A model generated the notes under the pieces. It worked only from the letters and a program-made list of their open reading frames with translations. It had not been told where the DNA came from and did no database searches. Source: Tubiluchus corallicola (taxonomy: Eukaryota > Animalia > Priapulida). From it: DNA of 64,000 nt. The position numbers were made by a program, and so were the translations under genes. Positions 63,006 through 64,000 of this stretch are shown here, piece after piece. Location of the stretch: the NCBI GenBank assembly GCA_030141605.1, contig JAQGDQ010000782.1, positions 32,099 through 96,098 on the forward strand. Reading direction: 5' to 3'. Positions within the stretch are counted from its first letter, which is position 1. The number at the start of each line of letters is the position of its first letter.

Positions 63006-63814
63006 GTACTGTTATGATCAATACATTTTGTTTTGTTCTTAAACTTGTGCTTTAGCAAATTTATTGAAAAGTGTCTCAAAACAATCTAACTGCATTGATA
63101 TTACGTTGTGTTTTATTATGTTTTGTGCAGTGCTTTGGTGTGCAGTGCAGTGCAACACAGTGTAATGCAGTGTTTGATGTGTTGTGTACGTCTAGTCTGT
63201 GTTACTTTGTGCTGTACTGTGTTGTGTTGTGCTGTGCTGTGCTGTGTTGTGCTGTGCTATTCACGCATATGCTGTGTTATTTTGTGCTGTACTGTGTTGT
63301 GCTGTACAGTGCTGTGCTGTGCTATTCACGCATATGCTGTGTTATTTTGTGCTGTACAGTGCTGTACTGTGCAGTGCTGTGCTGTGCTGTGCTATGCACG
63401 TATATGCAGTGCTATTTTGTGCTGTGCGTCGGGCTTCCTAAATTAATTTCATTTCTCTTTCAACTTTTTTGTTTTGTTAATGTATAATATATGTAATACA
63501 ATACATATCTTTCTCGATTGTCAAGTGATGCGCATTGTCGTCCATTATGTATATTTTGATAAGCAGTTGTGTAATGTATAATGTATTATGTACGTATAAA
63601 TGATGTAATGTATACAGCTTACATGTATTTTGACAAGCAGCGTATAATGTAAAATATATGTGTTATACATATATAACTCAATACTGGGTTTCAACTTGTA
63701 CAGAACTGGTATAGAGAATAATGCTACTCTAGAAGATGTATTTAGAAATTTTCATGTATCTTTTTAAATTAATTGCTTTGTCTTCTTGTATGTAATTAAT
63801 ATCCGTGCTTGTAT

Positions 63815-64000
<186 letters not shown>

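Overview
AT-rich, microsatellite- and transposon-rich genomic DNA from an invertebrate animal, probably a lophotrochozoan (inference from the 5S-like sequence and repeat types). Two multi-exon genes lie head-to-head, with start codons about 3.6 kb apart. (1) Minus strand: a Skeletor/Knickkopf-family secreted protein (signal peptide, two DM13 domains, DOMON, Skeletor-type C-terminal region). I reconstructed 13 phase-consistent GT-AG exons from ATG 24398 down to 155 (545 codons), and the gene runs off the left edge. (2) Plus strand: a natriuretic-peptide-receptor-like receptor guanylyl cyclase (signal peptide, ANF-receptor ectodomain, TM helix, start of the kinase-homology domain). It has 11 phase-consistent exons from ATG 27996 to 63005 (552 codons) and runs off the right edge. 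The introns hold many MITEs, two solo LTRs, LINE remnants, two copies of a 5S-rRNA-headed SINE (one with its empty paralogous site in this window) and several minisatellites that grew out of transposon pieces. The most unexpected item is an intronless, divergent MATH-like ORF in intron 2 of the Skeletor-like gene, between two solo LTRs. Most long ORFs in the supplied track are repeat artefacts. No prokaryote-type system such as CRISPR is present. Family assignments come from motif recognition, not database searches.
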